A stretch of DNA of 61,457 bases from a virus. Taxonomy: Duplodnaviria; Caudoviricetes. Of the stretch, positions 37,951 through 47,797 are shown one piece after another. The stretch is taken from positions 1 to 61,457 of IMG/VR virus record IMGVR_UViG_3300037247_000747. One strand, written 5' to 3'. Made by a program: the position numbers and the translations under genes. The notes under the pieces are model-generated. The model was given only the letters and a program-made list of their open reading frames with translations. It did not search any database and was not told where the DNA came from. Positions within the stretch are counted from its first letter, which is position 1; each line of letters begins with the position of its first letter.

Positions 37951-38484
37951 TTATCTCCTTATAGATAAAGATTCATTAGATTTGCATTTTGGACATTTAG
38001 TACATTTTAATACGCTTTTAAATTTATGGCCGCATTTATTGCACTTAATATCTGACCAGTTTGTTGTTGTTCCTCCATTATTAAGAATCTCTGTTGATAA
38101 ATCAAAAGCACAACGGGCAACCTCGGCAAAAATACATGCCTTTTTTTCTTCTATAACTGATTTGTGAAAAGGGCGTCGTGTATGACCCACCTCATGAGCA
38201 AGAAGACTAATCACGTCTTTCAACTTGGCCGATTTCCTGACAAACAGATGAATTGTTTCTTTGCCTTCGACCCACCCCCAAGCACTGAGTTTCCTAATAT
38301 CTTTTATAGCATCCTTATTAGCACATATATCTTCCGTTCCATCGGCACTCATGAATTTCCACTTACCTTCAAGGGTGTCAAGATCCTTAACGTCACAACA
38401 AAAATATGCTGCCATACATGCGTTTATTGTTTTATATTGAACTACTGGGACTTCTTTTACTTTCATGCCATTTTCTCCAAACAA
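37951..38484 (-). CDS. HExxH metallopeptidase-like protein with a C-terminal Zn ribbon
   Basis: LAHEVGH; CNKC...CPKC. Confidence 0.6.
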   Translation of the reverse strand: MFGENGMKVKEVPVVQYKTINACMAAYFCCDVKDLDTLEGKWKFMSADGTEDICANKDAIKDIRKLSAWGWVEGKETIHLFVRKSAKLKDVISLLAHEVGHTRRPFHKSVIEEKKACIFAEVARCAFDLSTEILNNGGTTTNWSDIKCNKCGHKFKSVLKCTKCPKCKSNESLSIRR

Positions 38485-40286
38485 GGATCATCAACCTGGG
38501 CTTCTTTTATAAACCTTGATACCGGGGTGACTTTGAGTTGACCTTTATATTTTGATGCTTCCGGTCTTACTGTCAGCATTAGTCTGCTTTCTGCGCGAGT
38601 TATCGCCACGTACATTAAGCGCCTCTCCGATTCCACATCATCCTGGGCGATAGATCGTTTGTCAGGAAGTATCCCCTCATTGCATCCGGCTATTATTACA
38701 ATGGGGAATTCCAGCCCTTTTGCGGCATGGATTGTCATTAGCTGAATGCCTTTGGTGTCGTTTTTTATTTCTTCCTGAAGGTCGTATGTTGCAAGCCAGT
38801 TGAGGTAGTCTATCGTTGTTCCCTTGGGATTATCTTTAACCCAGTTAGTAGCGAATCCCAAAGATGGGGCAAAATCAAACGGGGGTTTATGGTCAGTATC
38901 CCCAAGCCAGTCACTTAATGAGGGATACCATATCGATTCTAAATTGCCAACGGTGCTTTCAAAGTCCCATTGCTCAATAGAATCGTAGAATTGGATAAAG
39001 ATTTTGTTGTTGTCAAGAACAACAAAGGAGTTGTACCACACCTGAAAATGACTCTTTCCCTCCTGTGATGCCTTGTACCGGATATCTGCGTAATCCGCTT
39101 TTGATAATCCAACAAGGTCACTGATCAGGAGAAAGGAAAAATTATCATACGGATTGACGATCAGTTTCAGGAATGCGTGAAATCGTCTAAATTCCTCTGA
39201 TTTTGTAAGGGCGCTTTCCTTTCCTACATAGGTGTGCTTGATTTTCTGTTCTTCCATTAACCGAGACATTTTGTTTAGAAAGACGTGGTTACGGGCAAGG
39301 ATGCAGATATCTTCATCAACAAATACTTTTGACAGTTTTACTATTCCTTCGCTGTCTGTATCCTTTACAACAAATACCTGGTTGCCTTCATCAAACTGGT
39401 GTGCCTTCATGTCTTTGTCCAGGCGGTCAGAGTTGTGCTGTATGAGGCTGTTTGCTGCCCTGACTATTCCCGGTTTTGAACGGTAATTAGTTTCGAGTTT
39501 GAATATGTCAAAACTGTCTTTGTTTCGGAGTAAATACCCAACATCGGCCCCACGCCATCCATAAATGGCTTGATCCGGGTCTGCAACGGCAAACAGAGAC
39601 GCATTGCAGTAGTCTTTCATTGTATGAATCAACTCCCACTGTAGCTTATCCGTATCGTGCGCTTCGTCTACAACCATGTGTTTCCAGTTCAGGTATTGTT
39701 TTATTTGGGGTAAAAGAAGTTTTAACCCTGTAAGCAGGCTCCCGTAAGTATAACTGTTATTTTCTCGACAACGGGCAATGAAAGCTTTGAATATGCCATA
39801 GGCAGGATCTTCTTTGTCTGGCTCCACACCTTCTTGGTAATACTTGGCGAACACAGCACTGATTTCTTTCTTTTTAATTCCTTTCCAGGTTTTACCGTTG
39901 TGAAGCCCCAATTCCTTTGCGATCTCTTTTAAAAGAAATTGTTCCTCCCAGTCTCCATAGACTGTGCAGTTTTGTTTCTGAAATCCAACAAGCTCACCGA
40001 AACGATGGAGAAGGTCTAAGGCAACGGCGTGAAAGGTGCCAATAGTTATTTTGTGTGCCCCGTTGCCGATGCGTTCTTGAATACGCTCACGCATTTCACC
40101 GGCAGCTTTGCGGGTAAATGTCAGGAGGCATAATTCGAACGGTGACACCTTGCAGTTTTCTATAAGGTGTGCTGCACGTTCAACTATAACTCTGGTTTTC
40201 CCAGCCCCAGGCCCAGCTAATACAAGGACCTGTTCTGATTCTGACGTAACGGCATTCTGTTGCTGTTGATCTAATGAAATATTCAT
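38463..40286 (-). CDS. UvrD/PcrA-family (SF1) DNA helicase
   Basis: AGPGAGKT, TFTRKAA, VDEAHD, NYRS, TIHAAKGLEF and ERRLMYVAITRA; RBS before ATG 40286. Confidence 0.93.
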   Translation of the reverse strand: MNISLDQQQQNAVTSESEQVLVLAGPGAGKTRVIVERAAHLIENCKVSPFELCLLTFTRKAAGEMRERIQERIGNGAHKITIGTFHAVALDLLHRFGELVGFQKQNCTVYGDWEEQFLLKEIAKELGLHNGKTWKGIKKKEISAVFAKYYQEGVEPDKEDPAYGIFKAFIARCRENNSYTYGSLLTGLKLLLPQIKQYLNWKHMVVDEAHDTDKLQWELIHTMKDYCNASLFAVADPDQAIYGWRGADVGYLLRNKDSFDIFKLETNYRSKPGIVRAANSLIQHNSDRLDKDMKAHQFDEGNQVFVVKDTDSEGIVKLSKVFVDEDICILARNHVFLNKMSRLMEEQKIKHTYVGKESALTKSEEFRRFHAFLKLIVNPYDNFSFLLISDLVGLSKADYADIRYKASQEGKSHFQVWYNSFVVLDNNKIFIQFYDSIEQWDFESTVGNLESIWYPSLSDWLGDTDHKPPFDFAPSLGFATNWVKDNPKGTTIDYLNWLATYDLQEEIKNDTKGIQLMTIHAAKGLEFPIVIIAGCNEGILPDKRSIAQDDVESERRLMYVAITRAESRLMLTVRPEASKYKGQLKVTPVSRFIKEAQVDDPCLEKMA

Positions 40287-40297
40287 ATCCCTCCTTT

Positions 40298-40861
40298 TTA
40301 TGGGCATGTGATGTGTGACCATGTAATGCCCCTGTTTATATGATTTATTGTTGCGAAATGGACTTTAAACATTTTCGCTATAGCTCTCTGCGTAACTACT
40401 TTATTTGCAAGAAGTTTTTTTATTAACCAAACCTCATTGTTTTTTAGTTTCGAATTGAATGACGTTTCTCCAAGGCCGTTATCTTTCAATCCAATCCTGT
40501 GTGCGTGAAGTTCATTTTCAGAATGTGTCACCCATTCCAAATTAATTAAATTGTTGTTTGCTTTGTCTCCATCGATATGATTACAGCCATCCTTGTCTTT
40601 TGGCCTTTTACTGACAAAGGCTTCAAGCACTAATCTGTGAGCTGTTCGCCACACTTTCTTTTTCTTATCGGTTTTATTTGGATCGCTATGTGAGAGTTGT
40701 GCGATTACATAACCAAATTTGTTTTTTCTTAACTTAAGCATTCTCCCTGGATATGTATTAACACCATCTTTTAATCTTTTTACCCTTCCGAGGTTTGAGA
40801 CAGCATACTCCGGAACATCTTCGATGGCTTTCCATTCTTCCTGTTGTGGGTCTAGGTTCAT
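40298..40861 (-). CDS. NUMOD4-HNH homing endonuclease
   Basis: YAVSNLGRV, HRLV...F and NHIDGDKANN...NLEW motifs. Confidence 0.9.
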   Translation of the reverse strand: MNLDPQQEEWKAIEDVPEYAVSNLGRVKRLKDGVNTYPGRMLKLRKNKFGYVIAQLSHSDPNKTDKKKKVWRTAHRLVLEAFVSKRPKDKDGCNHIDGDKANNNLINLEWVTHSENELHAHRIGLKDNGLGETSFNSKLKNNEVWLIKKLLANKVVTQRAIAKMFKVHFATINHINRGITWSHITCP

Positions 40862-41149
40862 AGTATCTCCTTTCTATAAAAAATTAATTCCTAAAAATTT
40901 GATCGTTGCCAAGGCGAAAAAATAACCAAACCAGAACCAAAAATTAACTAAGTATAATAATTCCCATGTTTTTTGTTCTATCATTCCCATGACAACCTCC
41001 AAAATAAAAATCCCATGGTATACTTTGCGCTGAGAACGCCCCGGACATTGCTGTTGCCGGATACCATAGGATGATTTATAATTTTATTCTCAGTCAAAGT
41101 GTTTCCCTTTTTAGCATAAATTCAAATAGGTGTCAACCATCAGATGCCG

Positions 41150-41413
41150 TCATGATTCCGTTTTCCCTCTATACAAGGAAGTTTTATGCTGCAGTAGTTT
41201 GATGACAAGCCGGTCAAAAGTTCCTTGTGGCAAGGAATTGTAAAGGGCATCGGCTATCAGGTCTGCTTGATCTTCGTAATATACTGCCATATCCTTCATT
41301 GACCTGTGGTCATTGTTGCTGAGGCCTGGGTTATCTTCTGTAATAGATATAACAGTGTCCTCGGCTGTTTCCTGGTGAAGCGGGTCGAATTTTGCAATCT
41401 TGATTGTTTTCAT
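41150..41413 (-). CDS. Hypothetical protein
   Basis: Co-oriented with an RBS. Confidence 0.55.
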   Translation of the reverse strand: MKTIKIAKFDPLHQETAEDTVISITEDNPGLSNNDHRSMKDMAVYYEDQADLIADALYNSLPQGTFDRLVIKLLQHKTSLYRGKTES

Positions 41414-41443
41414 TTCAAATAACCCTCTATCCTATACTATATA

Positions 41444-41656
41444 TTAATTTTTATAGTCCTTGAGAGAATAAACATAATGCGCTTTAGTTCTGCCCGTTGT
41501 GCCGCAAGCCTTACACATTACTGTTGAATAATCCGAAAAGGTTTTATGGTATCCTGAAAAGGCTGAGTGGTGACAATTCCGTTGTAGTACAACCCATTTT
41601 CTTTTTTCAGGTGGTTTTTTTCTCTCTTCACATTTACATCCAAATGAAACGCTCAT
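41444..41656 (-). CDS. Small Cys/His-rich protein
   Basis: AGGAG RBS; CxC and CxxC motifs. Confidence 0.5.
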   Translation of the reverse strand: MSVSFGCKCEERKKPPEKRKWVVLQRNCHHSAFSGYHKTFSDYSTVMCKACGTTGRTKAHYVYSLKDYKN

Positions 41657-41710
41657 ATTTTTTCTCCTAAATGTTTTTCTATCCTATACCAATATCTTTC
41701 AAGAACATCA

Positions 41711-41956
41711 TCAACCAATATCTTTGGGTTTCCAGTTCGGAAATTCATCATGGCAATCACAACAGATTATATGCATATCTTCTTTCCTGTCCTGCCCACC
41801 TTGTGAAACCTTGGGGGAGTGATGCGGCGGAGCTTCGGTCCAATGTCCACAAATTTCACATATGTTATCACCATCTGCCAATACCTCAGCTTGAAGCTTT
41901 TCGTATGCCTTGCCTTTTTTCCTGATTATTGGCGTTTTGAAATAGGTTTTATGCAT
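41711..41956 (-). CDS. Small HNH-like nuclease
   Basis: CEICG...HH...GG...CCDCH. Confidence 0.65.
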   Translation of the reverse strand: MHKTYFKTPIIRKKGKAYEKLQAEVLADGDNICEICGHWTEAPPHHSPKVSQGGQDRKEDMHIICCDCHDEFPNWKPKDIG

Positions 41957-41966
41957 ATCCCCTCTA

Positions 41967-42527
41967 TTAAAAAAAATCCTCTATCCTTCTGCATCTTGTC
42001 GGATGCCTTAACTTTCTTAATGCCCTATTTTCAATCTGCCTTATTCTTTCTTTTGTTACCCCGAGAAGATTCCTAACATCTTCAAGCGTCCAGCCAAGCC
42101 AAAACCTAAGACGTATTGTTAACCGTTCTCTTTTTCTTAAGGTCATCAATGCCCTTTTGATCAATTCTTTTAAGAACATATCGTCTACATCTTTGGGCAT
42201 TCTTGAATGTGTAATATCTAATGTCTGGTCGTCGGTTAACGCTGTCCACCTTCTGATATCGCAAATATCTCTGGGGAATAGCTGCGAAAGAGTGGCCTTT
42301 AGAACCTTACATATTTTTAAAACTAGTGGTTTTGGCTCTCCGTATGTTATCCCTTTCTCATAGATAGGGGCTGTCATGCCAGACTGTAGCCTGTAAATAA
42401 AATCTATTGAGCAACCAATATCTTCCGCAAGTCGTTTTGCCGTATAGCCTTCCTCAATGCGTATCTTGGCAAGATTATTCTCCCAGTCTTTTGTTTCATC
42501 GAAGCGCAGTGCATTTCTGTAACGCAT
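41967..42527 (-). CDS. XRE-type HTH fused to a sigma70 region-4 HTH
   Basis: N-terminal GYTAKRLAEDIG; C-terminal TLEDVRNLLGVTKERIRQIENRALRKLRHP. Confidence 0.8.
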   Translation of the reverse strand: MRYRNALRFDETKDWENNLAKIRIEEGYTAKRLAEDIGCSIDFIYRLQSGMTAPIYEKGITYGEPKPLVLKICKVLKATLSQLFPRDICDIRRWTALTDDQTLDITHSRMPKDVDDMFLKELIKRALMTLRKRERLTIRLRFWLGWTLEDVRNLLGVTKERIRQIENRALRKLRHPTRCRRIEDFF

Positions 42528-42550
42528 TACAAAATCCTCTAGGATACGAT

Positions 42551-42958
42551 TTAAAAACCGCCCCCCCGTTTTTCGATTTGCATATTTAAAAAGTCGGATG
42601 CAAACATTCTTACCTTTAGGGTGAATTCTTCTTTTTCCTGTGTGGTTGTGTCGGCTTTTTTTGAGAACATACTTTTTATGATGATAAAACCCTTCTTGTC
42701 AACACGGCTTGAATATTTGAGCTTCATATTCTCATGGACTGTTTCAACAGAATTACCCGTTTCTGCTGCTATCGGGGTGGCTACGCATTTAAAATAGTAT
42801 TTTCTTAATGCATCATTACCATCTTCCCGGTATTCCTCAACTGTAACTTCAAGTTGAGCTCCATCTTTAAGATTTTTAATAAACTTATCAAAGACCGCCA
42901 GGTCCAGAAGAACAAGGCGGTCCTCTTTCTTTATTCCAAACCCATGATAAGTTTTCAT
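42551..42958 (-). CDS. NinB-like recombination accessory protein
   Basis: RKYYF...IAAETG...VHE.MK pattern. Confidence 0.55.
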   Translation of the reverse strand: MKTYHGFGIKKEDRLVLLDLAVFDKFIKNLKDGAQLEVTVEEYREDGNDALRKYYFKCVATPIAAETGNSVETVHENMKLKYSSRVDKKGFIIIKSMFSKKADTTTQEKEEFTLKVRMFASDFLNMQIEKRGGGF

Positions 42959-43182
42959 GGGTTACATTCGCAATCTTTTTTCATTTCTCCGCAATTGTCG
43001 CACATTTCTTCTCTCATGCGCTTTTGCCCGACTTCACAATCGCAGTAACCCTCAATATGGGCATCAATTCCACAATCTATTTCACCGACATTAATCATTG
43101 TAAGGCCGGTATCGTCACATTCCAGGCAGGTCATAACGACACCGCATTCCAGCCTTTCGGTATCATAGCCGGGGGGTGGCAT
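42955..43182 (-). CDS. Small Cys-rich protein
   Basis: CxxCxDTG...CxC pattern; start uncertain. Confidence 0.45.
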   Translation of the reverse strand: MPPPGYDTERLECGVVMTCLECDDTGLTMINVGEIDCGIDAHIEGYCDCEVGQKRMREEMCDNCGEMKKDCECNP

Positions 43183-43676
43183 GAGTTGACAATTACCTGC
43201 TTGTTGAGCGAGGTGAGCTTTTCTATCACTTGAAGCAGAAAGTTTTTATCAAGCTCCGCAGATTCCTGAACGATAATACCGCAACCAAGAGCTTGATCCA
43301 GGGCAGAGTCAAAGGTGACTTTTTCCCCTCCTGATAATCCCGAATATGCCCGAAGGCTTCCGTCTTTTTTCCAGCCGATTAAGAACCTGCCATCCGTGAT
43401 ATCAAGGATGGCTTCACCTTCGGGCAGAACTTCACCCATTTTTTCTGCCAGGGCGGTTATGGTACCGGCTACAGCTTCATTCTTTTCGGTGATTTTTAGT
43501 GCAAGATCCTTCGTGATTTTTACCAATTCAGATTCTTCAGCAATGATCTCCTTTTGAGATTTGGCAATTCTTTCATCAAGGCCTTGCGCTTTAAGGAAAA
43601 GAGCTTCTTTCTCACGCAACTTCTTTCCTGCTGCCACTAATCCGTCATGTTGATTTTGAAGTATCTGTAAATCCAT
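43131..43676 (-). CDS. C-terminal half of a Rad50/SbcC-like ABC ATPase
   Basis: Coiled coil, then LSGGEK signature, degenerate Walker B/D-loop (IIVQESAELD) and H-loop (QVIVNSCH). Confidence 0.7.
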   Translation of the reverse strand: MDLQILQNQHDGLVAAGKKLREKEALFLKAQGLDERIAKSQKEIIAEESELVKITKDLALKITEKNEAVAGTITALAEKMGEVLPEGEAILDITDGRFLIGWKKDGSLRAYSGLSGGEKVTFDSALDQALGCGIIVQESAELDKNFLLQVIEKLTSLNKQVIVNSCHPPAMIPKGWNAVSL

Positions 43677-43685
43677 GGGTTCCTC

Positions 43686-44789
43686 CTATGCTGTTTTGGG
43701 ATTGGTTTGCTGGTGTTTTTTACGTTCTCTCTTGGAAACAGTTAAGGCGAAGCAGGAGGAACATCCCTCACAGGTAGCAGCCATTTTCTCTATGGCAGCT
43801 ATCACAGGCGAATCCATGGGATTTGCAGTGGGTGTTTGCTTCGCCCTTGCTATATGGGCACTTAGCGTGGCTTCGGCAGATTCCTGAACGATCTGTTTCG
43901 CAGTATCGCTCATAAGGGGCTTGCTTGAGGGAGCGGTGGCAAGACTGTCCTCATGTGCACTGTAGCTATGGATAACCTGCTGTGGGGGTTCTCTGGTCTC
44001 TCCTTCTGCCACTATCTCCTTTGCTGTTTCCCTGGCCTTTCTTTCTCTTTTCTCTCTTTCCAGGGTGGCTTTCTTTTCCTGCCTTTCCTTTTCTTCCTTT
44101 GTTGCCTTGGCTTTTGCCTGGGCTATCTTTTCATCTTCTATCTGGTCCCGAACTCCCATAACCTTCTTTGTGGTCGTTTCGATTTCCCCCTGGACTTCTG
44201 CAAGTGTGCCTGCCGGTAGGTCGAGTTCTGCCTTTTCCTTGATCTCTTTGCCGGTAAGTACGTTTGCGATTCTGATGTTTTCCTGCAGGTTGTTTTTCTT
44301 TTCGGTGAGATTATCGATATCACCATTCAGCTTTTTCAGATCACCTGCAGGCGGGAATAGATAAAAGATAGCGTCAATCTTTTTTTGGTCTGACTTTCCC
44401 AAGAAATCCTGACGGTCAAAAATCGTTGGTATGCGTGACAGGGCTACTTCAAATTCAGCTTGGCTGGCTTTTCGTTTGTCTATCCGGAGGCGCTGGCTTG
44501 CAGTGCCTTTTGATGATAGGGAAAAACTTCGCTCAAACTCTGTGATTACACCCTTGTCGTCAGTATATTCACAGCCCACAACCATCCTTGAGACTCCGGG
44601 TGCGTATGCAGCCATAATGTCCATGGGCCGCTTTCCAGTTCCATTAATTTGTCCCATCAAGGTCAGGACAAGAGCCTGACTTCTGACCGACTTTCCTGAA
44701 CCGTTTGGCCCCAAGAACATATCTTTCCCCGTAAGGTCTTGAGAAAAGCTAAAACTCTTGAAGTCTTTTGCAAATACTTTTGTGATCAT
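43686..44789 (-). CDS. N-terminal half of a Rad50/SbcC-like ABC ATPase
   Basis: ITKVFAKDFKS, Walker A GPNGSGKS, coiled coil and terminal CEGCSSC. Confidence 0.8.
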   Translation of the reverse strand: MITKVFAKDFKSFSFSQDLTGKDMFLGPNGSGKSVRSQALVLTLMGQINGTGKRPMDIMAAYAPGVSRMVVGCEYTDDKGVITEFERSFSLSSKGTASQRLRIDKRKASQAEFEVALSRIPTIFDRQDFLGKSDQKKIDAIFYLFPPAGDLKKLNGDIDNLTEKKNNLQENIRIANVLTGKEIKEKAELDLPAGTLAEVQGEIETTTKKVMGVRDQIEDEKIAQAKAKATKEEKERQEKKATLEREKRERKARETAKEIVAEGETREPPQQVIHSYSAHEDSLATAPSSKPLMSDTAKQIVQESAEATLSAHIARAKQTPTANPMDSPVIAAIEKMAATCEGCSSCFALTVSKRERKKHQQTNPKTA

Positions 44790-44798
44790 GGTGCCCTC

Positions 44799-46121
44799 CT
44801 ATTGTGTGTCAATAATTTCGTTGACTTTGGCTATGATTTGTTCTGCTTCGTAAGGGGTGATATCTTCTGTGAAGCCCAGATGTTTACAGGCCTGGGCTGT
44901 TTCTTCGGGAAAGCCCTCAGATGTAAGCTTATAGCTTGTGATTATCTTTGCGTCTTTTTCTGACACTTCTGTCGGTTTGATTGATGGGGCAACATTGCCG
45001 GTTACAGTCTGGCCTTCGGGACCGGCAGGAGGAAGATTGTCCGGTATGTGGATTCCTTGCTTTTCCTGGGGCGCAGGGGCTTGCTCCTGAGTCTGTACAT
45101 CAATCGCTTCCTGTTGTTCATCTTGACCGTTGCCGTTATCAGGCTCATCTGTTAGATTGGCATTCGGAAGATCAATATCAATGACATGCTGAAAATTTTG
45201 AGCTTGACCGTTTTCAAGGCTGCTCTCCAAAGCTACTGCCTGTTGTAGCTCAGGGCTTTGGGGGATTCTTTTTGCAAGCCTCCGGATAGCAGTTTTTACC
45301 CACATTGCCGGTTCGTCCATAGAATTATTCCATGGGGAGCTGTTACTGTTTTTTGCAGGAGACCTGCTCTTTGCTTCCATAGCAATCCTGTGATTGACAA
45401 CTTCAAAGTCATACCCACCATGCCTGTAATTGACTACTGCATAGGCGTATTTTAAAGCTCCTGGATCTCCATCGTCATATGGTCTATGTGTTAAGTTCTG
45501 TTGAATACCATAGCTATAATGGAAATCATCTTTTTCAAAAACCGGATGCCCGGAAAAATTTGCTATCTGGCCTGATCTATACCCCAAGCACATAAGTCCC
45601 TTGTATTCGACAATAAGCTGTGCCTCGTTCTGTTTTGTCTGGTTATTATAGAATGGAACTAACGCGCATTGTCCAAGGGGGCCACCTATTTCAAGGCCGA
45701 TCATTGATGCCTCAATCACGGAGTTCATAAGCGACATTTGGCTGCATCGGGCAAGCTTGGGGTTTTTAGTCATGGCGGTATAAGCGATTCGCAAAATGCG
45801 CTCAGGGGTTAAGTGCTTTGGCAATACGCTCTGTATCGCCTTGATGTTGTTTTTGAGTAAGGACTTTAATCCTTTTTCCTCCTGTACTGTCAATGCCTTG
45901 GTCATTTCAACCTCTCTTTCGAATTTAATTTGTTCATCGTAATATTTTAATGCTTCTTCGTGAGAACTGTTGATCCAAAGCAGCATCACTTCATCCATTG
46001 GGTAGGCTCCCCAGGCTCCTGGCTCCGTTGGCTTGCCATCTGCGATAGGTAAAAGCTTGAAAGCCTGGGGAAACTCCTGTCCTTTAAGTAAAGCCGTTTC
46101 TTTGTCCATAATTTTCCTCAT
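44799..46121 (-). CDS. recT: RecT-family single-strand annealing protein (probable internal start at 45905)
   Basis: LPKHLTPER, NPKLARC, LVPF...AQLIVEYKG and SPW...MWVKTAIRRLAK motifs. Confidence 0.9.
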   Translation of the reverse strand: MRKIMDKETALLKGQEFPQAFKLLPIADGKPTEPGAWGAYPMDEVMLLWINSSHEEALKYYDEQIKFEREVEMTKALTVQEEKGLKSLLKNNIKAIQSVLPKHLTPERILRIAYTAMTKNPKLARCSQMSLMNSVIEASMIGLEIGGPLGQCALVPFYNNQTKQNEAQLIVEYKGLMCLGYRSGQIANFSGHPVFEKDDFHYSYGIQQNLTHRPYDDGDPGALKYAYAVVNYRHGGYDFEVVNHRIAMEAKSRSPAKNSNSSPWNNSMDEPAMWVKTAIRRLAKRIPQSPELQQAVALESSLENGQAQNFQHVIDIDLPNANLTDEPDNGNGQDEQQEAIDVQTQEQAPAPQEKQGIHIPDNLPPAGPEGQTVTGNVAPSIKPTEVSEKDAKIITSYKLTSEGFPEETAQACKHLGFTEDITPYEAEQIIAKVNEIIDTQ

Positions 46122-46137
46122 ATTGCTGCTCTAAACG

Positions 46138-46419
46138 TTATACATCCAACATTACATGGACAAAACCGCCCCTTTCTGAGCATTGGTTCCTTTCCGGCAT
46201 GCCTTTCAATGCATTATCACCTTCTTTTCTGATAAGCCAGCCATTCGTTGTGCCACATGGGTTTTCTTTTTCTGCAAAAGCAATTATTTGCTGATTGCCC
46301 CAATCTTTAGGAACACAAACTTGCATACTGAAACCGCTTGTGCCCGTTACTACTGGCTCGAAAGCTTCTTTAATCGTGTCTCCCATTTCATCCTTCCTTT
46401 TTTTAGAAAAATAAGGCAT
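46138..46419 (-). CDS. Hypothetical phage protein
   Basis: MQVCVP...NPCGTTNGW pattern; co-oriented. Confidence 0.55.
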   Translation of the reverse strand: MPYFSKKRKDEMGDTIKEAFEPVVTGTSGFSMQVCVPKDWGNQQIIAFAEKENPCGTTNGWLIRKEGDNALKGMPERNQCSERGGFVHVMLDV

Positions 46420-46487
46420 AAAAGTGTGGAGCCTGGTTGATGATATTGATTATTACCAGCACCACTACGGCTATGGTTAACGCTTGT

Positions 46488-46703
46488 TCAAGCGGACAGC
46501 TTTTCTTTTTGTTTTCCATTGTCTGCATAGATTTGTTCTCCCAGTGCTTCTTTGATTTGGATTTGACAGAAGGAAATGTCTACTTCCTCGTCGCAAAACA
46601 GTTGCCAAAGGGGCGTACCTACTGTGACCGCACCCATACGCTCAGCCATCTTTTTTAGGATGCGGTCTACATTCTTTATGCGCTCTGTCTCTTTTTTGTT
46701 CAT
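46488..46703 (-). CDS. Hypothetical protein
   Basis: Co-oriented and packed. Confidence 0.5.
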   Translation of the reverse strand: MNKKETERIKNVDRILKKMAERMGAVTVGTPLWQLFCDEEVDISFCQIQIKEALGEQIYADNGKQKEKLSA

Positions 46704-46709
46704 GATTGC

Positions 46710-47444
46710 CTATGCTATGATGGTTACGTTTAACTTCTTAGCTTTCAGCCACACTTTAATGCTCTGAATAGCCTGTAGTTTCCACATTCCTCCGGATGCC
46801 TCAAACAATGCACACAGAGGGGGTTTTCCCTCTCCGGCTGATTGGAGTCGGAAAACAAAAGATGATTCCGGTTGCTCAACTTCGAGGAATGTACGGAAGG
46901 GCTTCAATGCTACGGGATTTGGGACATCGGCCTCTTTTATCAGCGATGATCCAATGCTTTTCCTGGCGGTAACGCTTTGAGCAACTCCGGTGTCCTTATA
47001 GTCCTGGCCTTCCTCCGCTTTAATGTCGGAAACAAATTCAAGTACCATCTTAAGGTCGTCGTTAACAATAAAGCCGCTTTGCAGAGCGATAATGAAACTA
47101 TGGATGCTGTGCCAGTGTCCAAACTCAAACCCTTTTTCCAGGATATTTGAGCAGTCTGAATTAATGTGAATTGTGCGCTGTTTAACATCTCCAATAACTT
47201 TAGAGATTAATGATACACAGTCGTGGGAGAAGATGTGTAGTGTGCTGGTTTTAAGTTCAAGCTTGTCGTGGTTGGCCTTGATGTAATCCACGATTCCGGT
47301 AAGAGTGTTGATATTCAGGGGGTCAGCTATGGATTCGACAAATTTGACAGGATGAAGTCCTTTTGAAGTATACTTATGTCCATCAATGTCAAATTGTTCA
47401 ACCATGCCCAGGCTTAAAATCTTTTCAATTGCCTCTTTAATCAT
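46710..47444 (-). CDS. Conserved phage protein (DUF2303-like)
   Basis: TLTGIVDYI and PNPVALKPFRTFLEVEQPES motifs. Confidence 0.65.
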   Translation of the reverse strand: MIKEAIEKILSLGMVEQFDIDGHKYTSKGLHPVKFVESIADPLNINTLTGIVDYIKANHDKLELKTSTLHIFSHDCVSLISKVIGDVKQRTIHINSDCSNILEKGFEFGHWHSIHSFIIALQSGFIVNDDLKMVLEFVSDIKAEEGQDYKDTGVAQSVTARKSIGSSLIKEADVPNPVALKPFRTFLEVEQPESSFVFRLQSAGEGKPPLCALFEASGGMWKLQAIQSIKVWLKAKKLNVTIIA

Positions 47445-47797
47445 TTTTCAGTTTTCCTTTCATTGATTGGGGTTACGTTCTGGGGTAGTTCCTGCTGTAT
47501 GAACGGTATGATTTCATGCGCCACACCGTTGCCTTTAACGTCTTTATCAACCACGGCTTTTCCGACCACAGAAGATAGTGGGGCAAGCTTTGGAACCACA
47601 TTGGCAGAATAGGCAATGAGATCCCTGTCCAGAGAAGGCTTTATTTTTACCTTCACGGTGATTTCCCTTACAGCATCAGCATCGCAGTTGAGGTTATGGA
47701 CATTATCAAGGACTTCCTGCAAAACAATGTCGAAACGCTCAACTACTGCCCCCTGCAAAAGATTTGTTAATGATAGCCGTTCTTCATTTGTCTTCAT
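47441..47797 (-). CDS. Conserved phage protein, usual partner of the DUF2303-like gene
   Basis: GAVVERF...VLDN...REITVKVKIKP pattern. Confidence 0.6.
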   Translation of the reverse strand: MKTNEERLSLTNLLQGAVVERFDIVLQEVLDNVHNLNCDADAVREITVKVKIKPSLDRDLIAYSANVVPKLAPLSSVVGKAVVDKDVKGNGVAHEIIPFIQQELPQNVTPINERKTEK

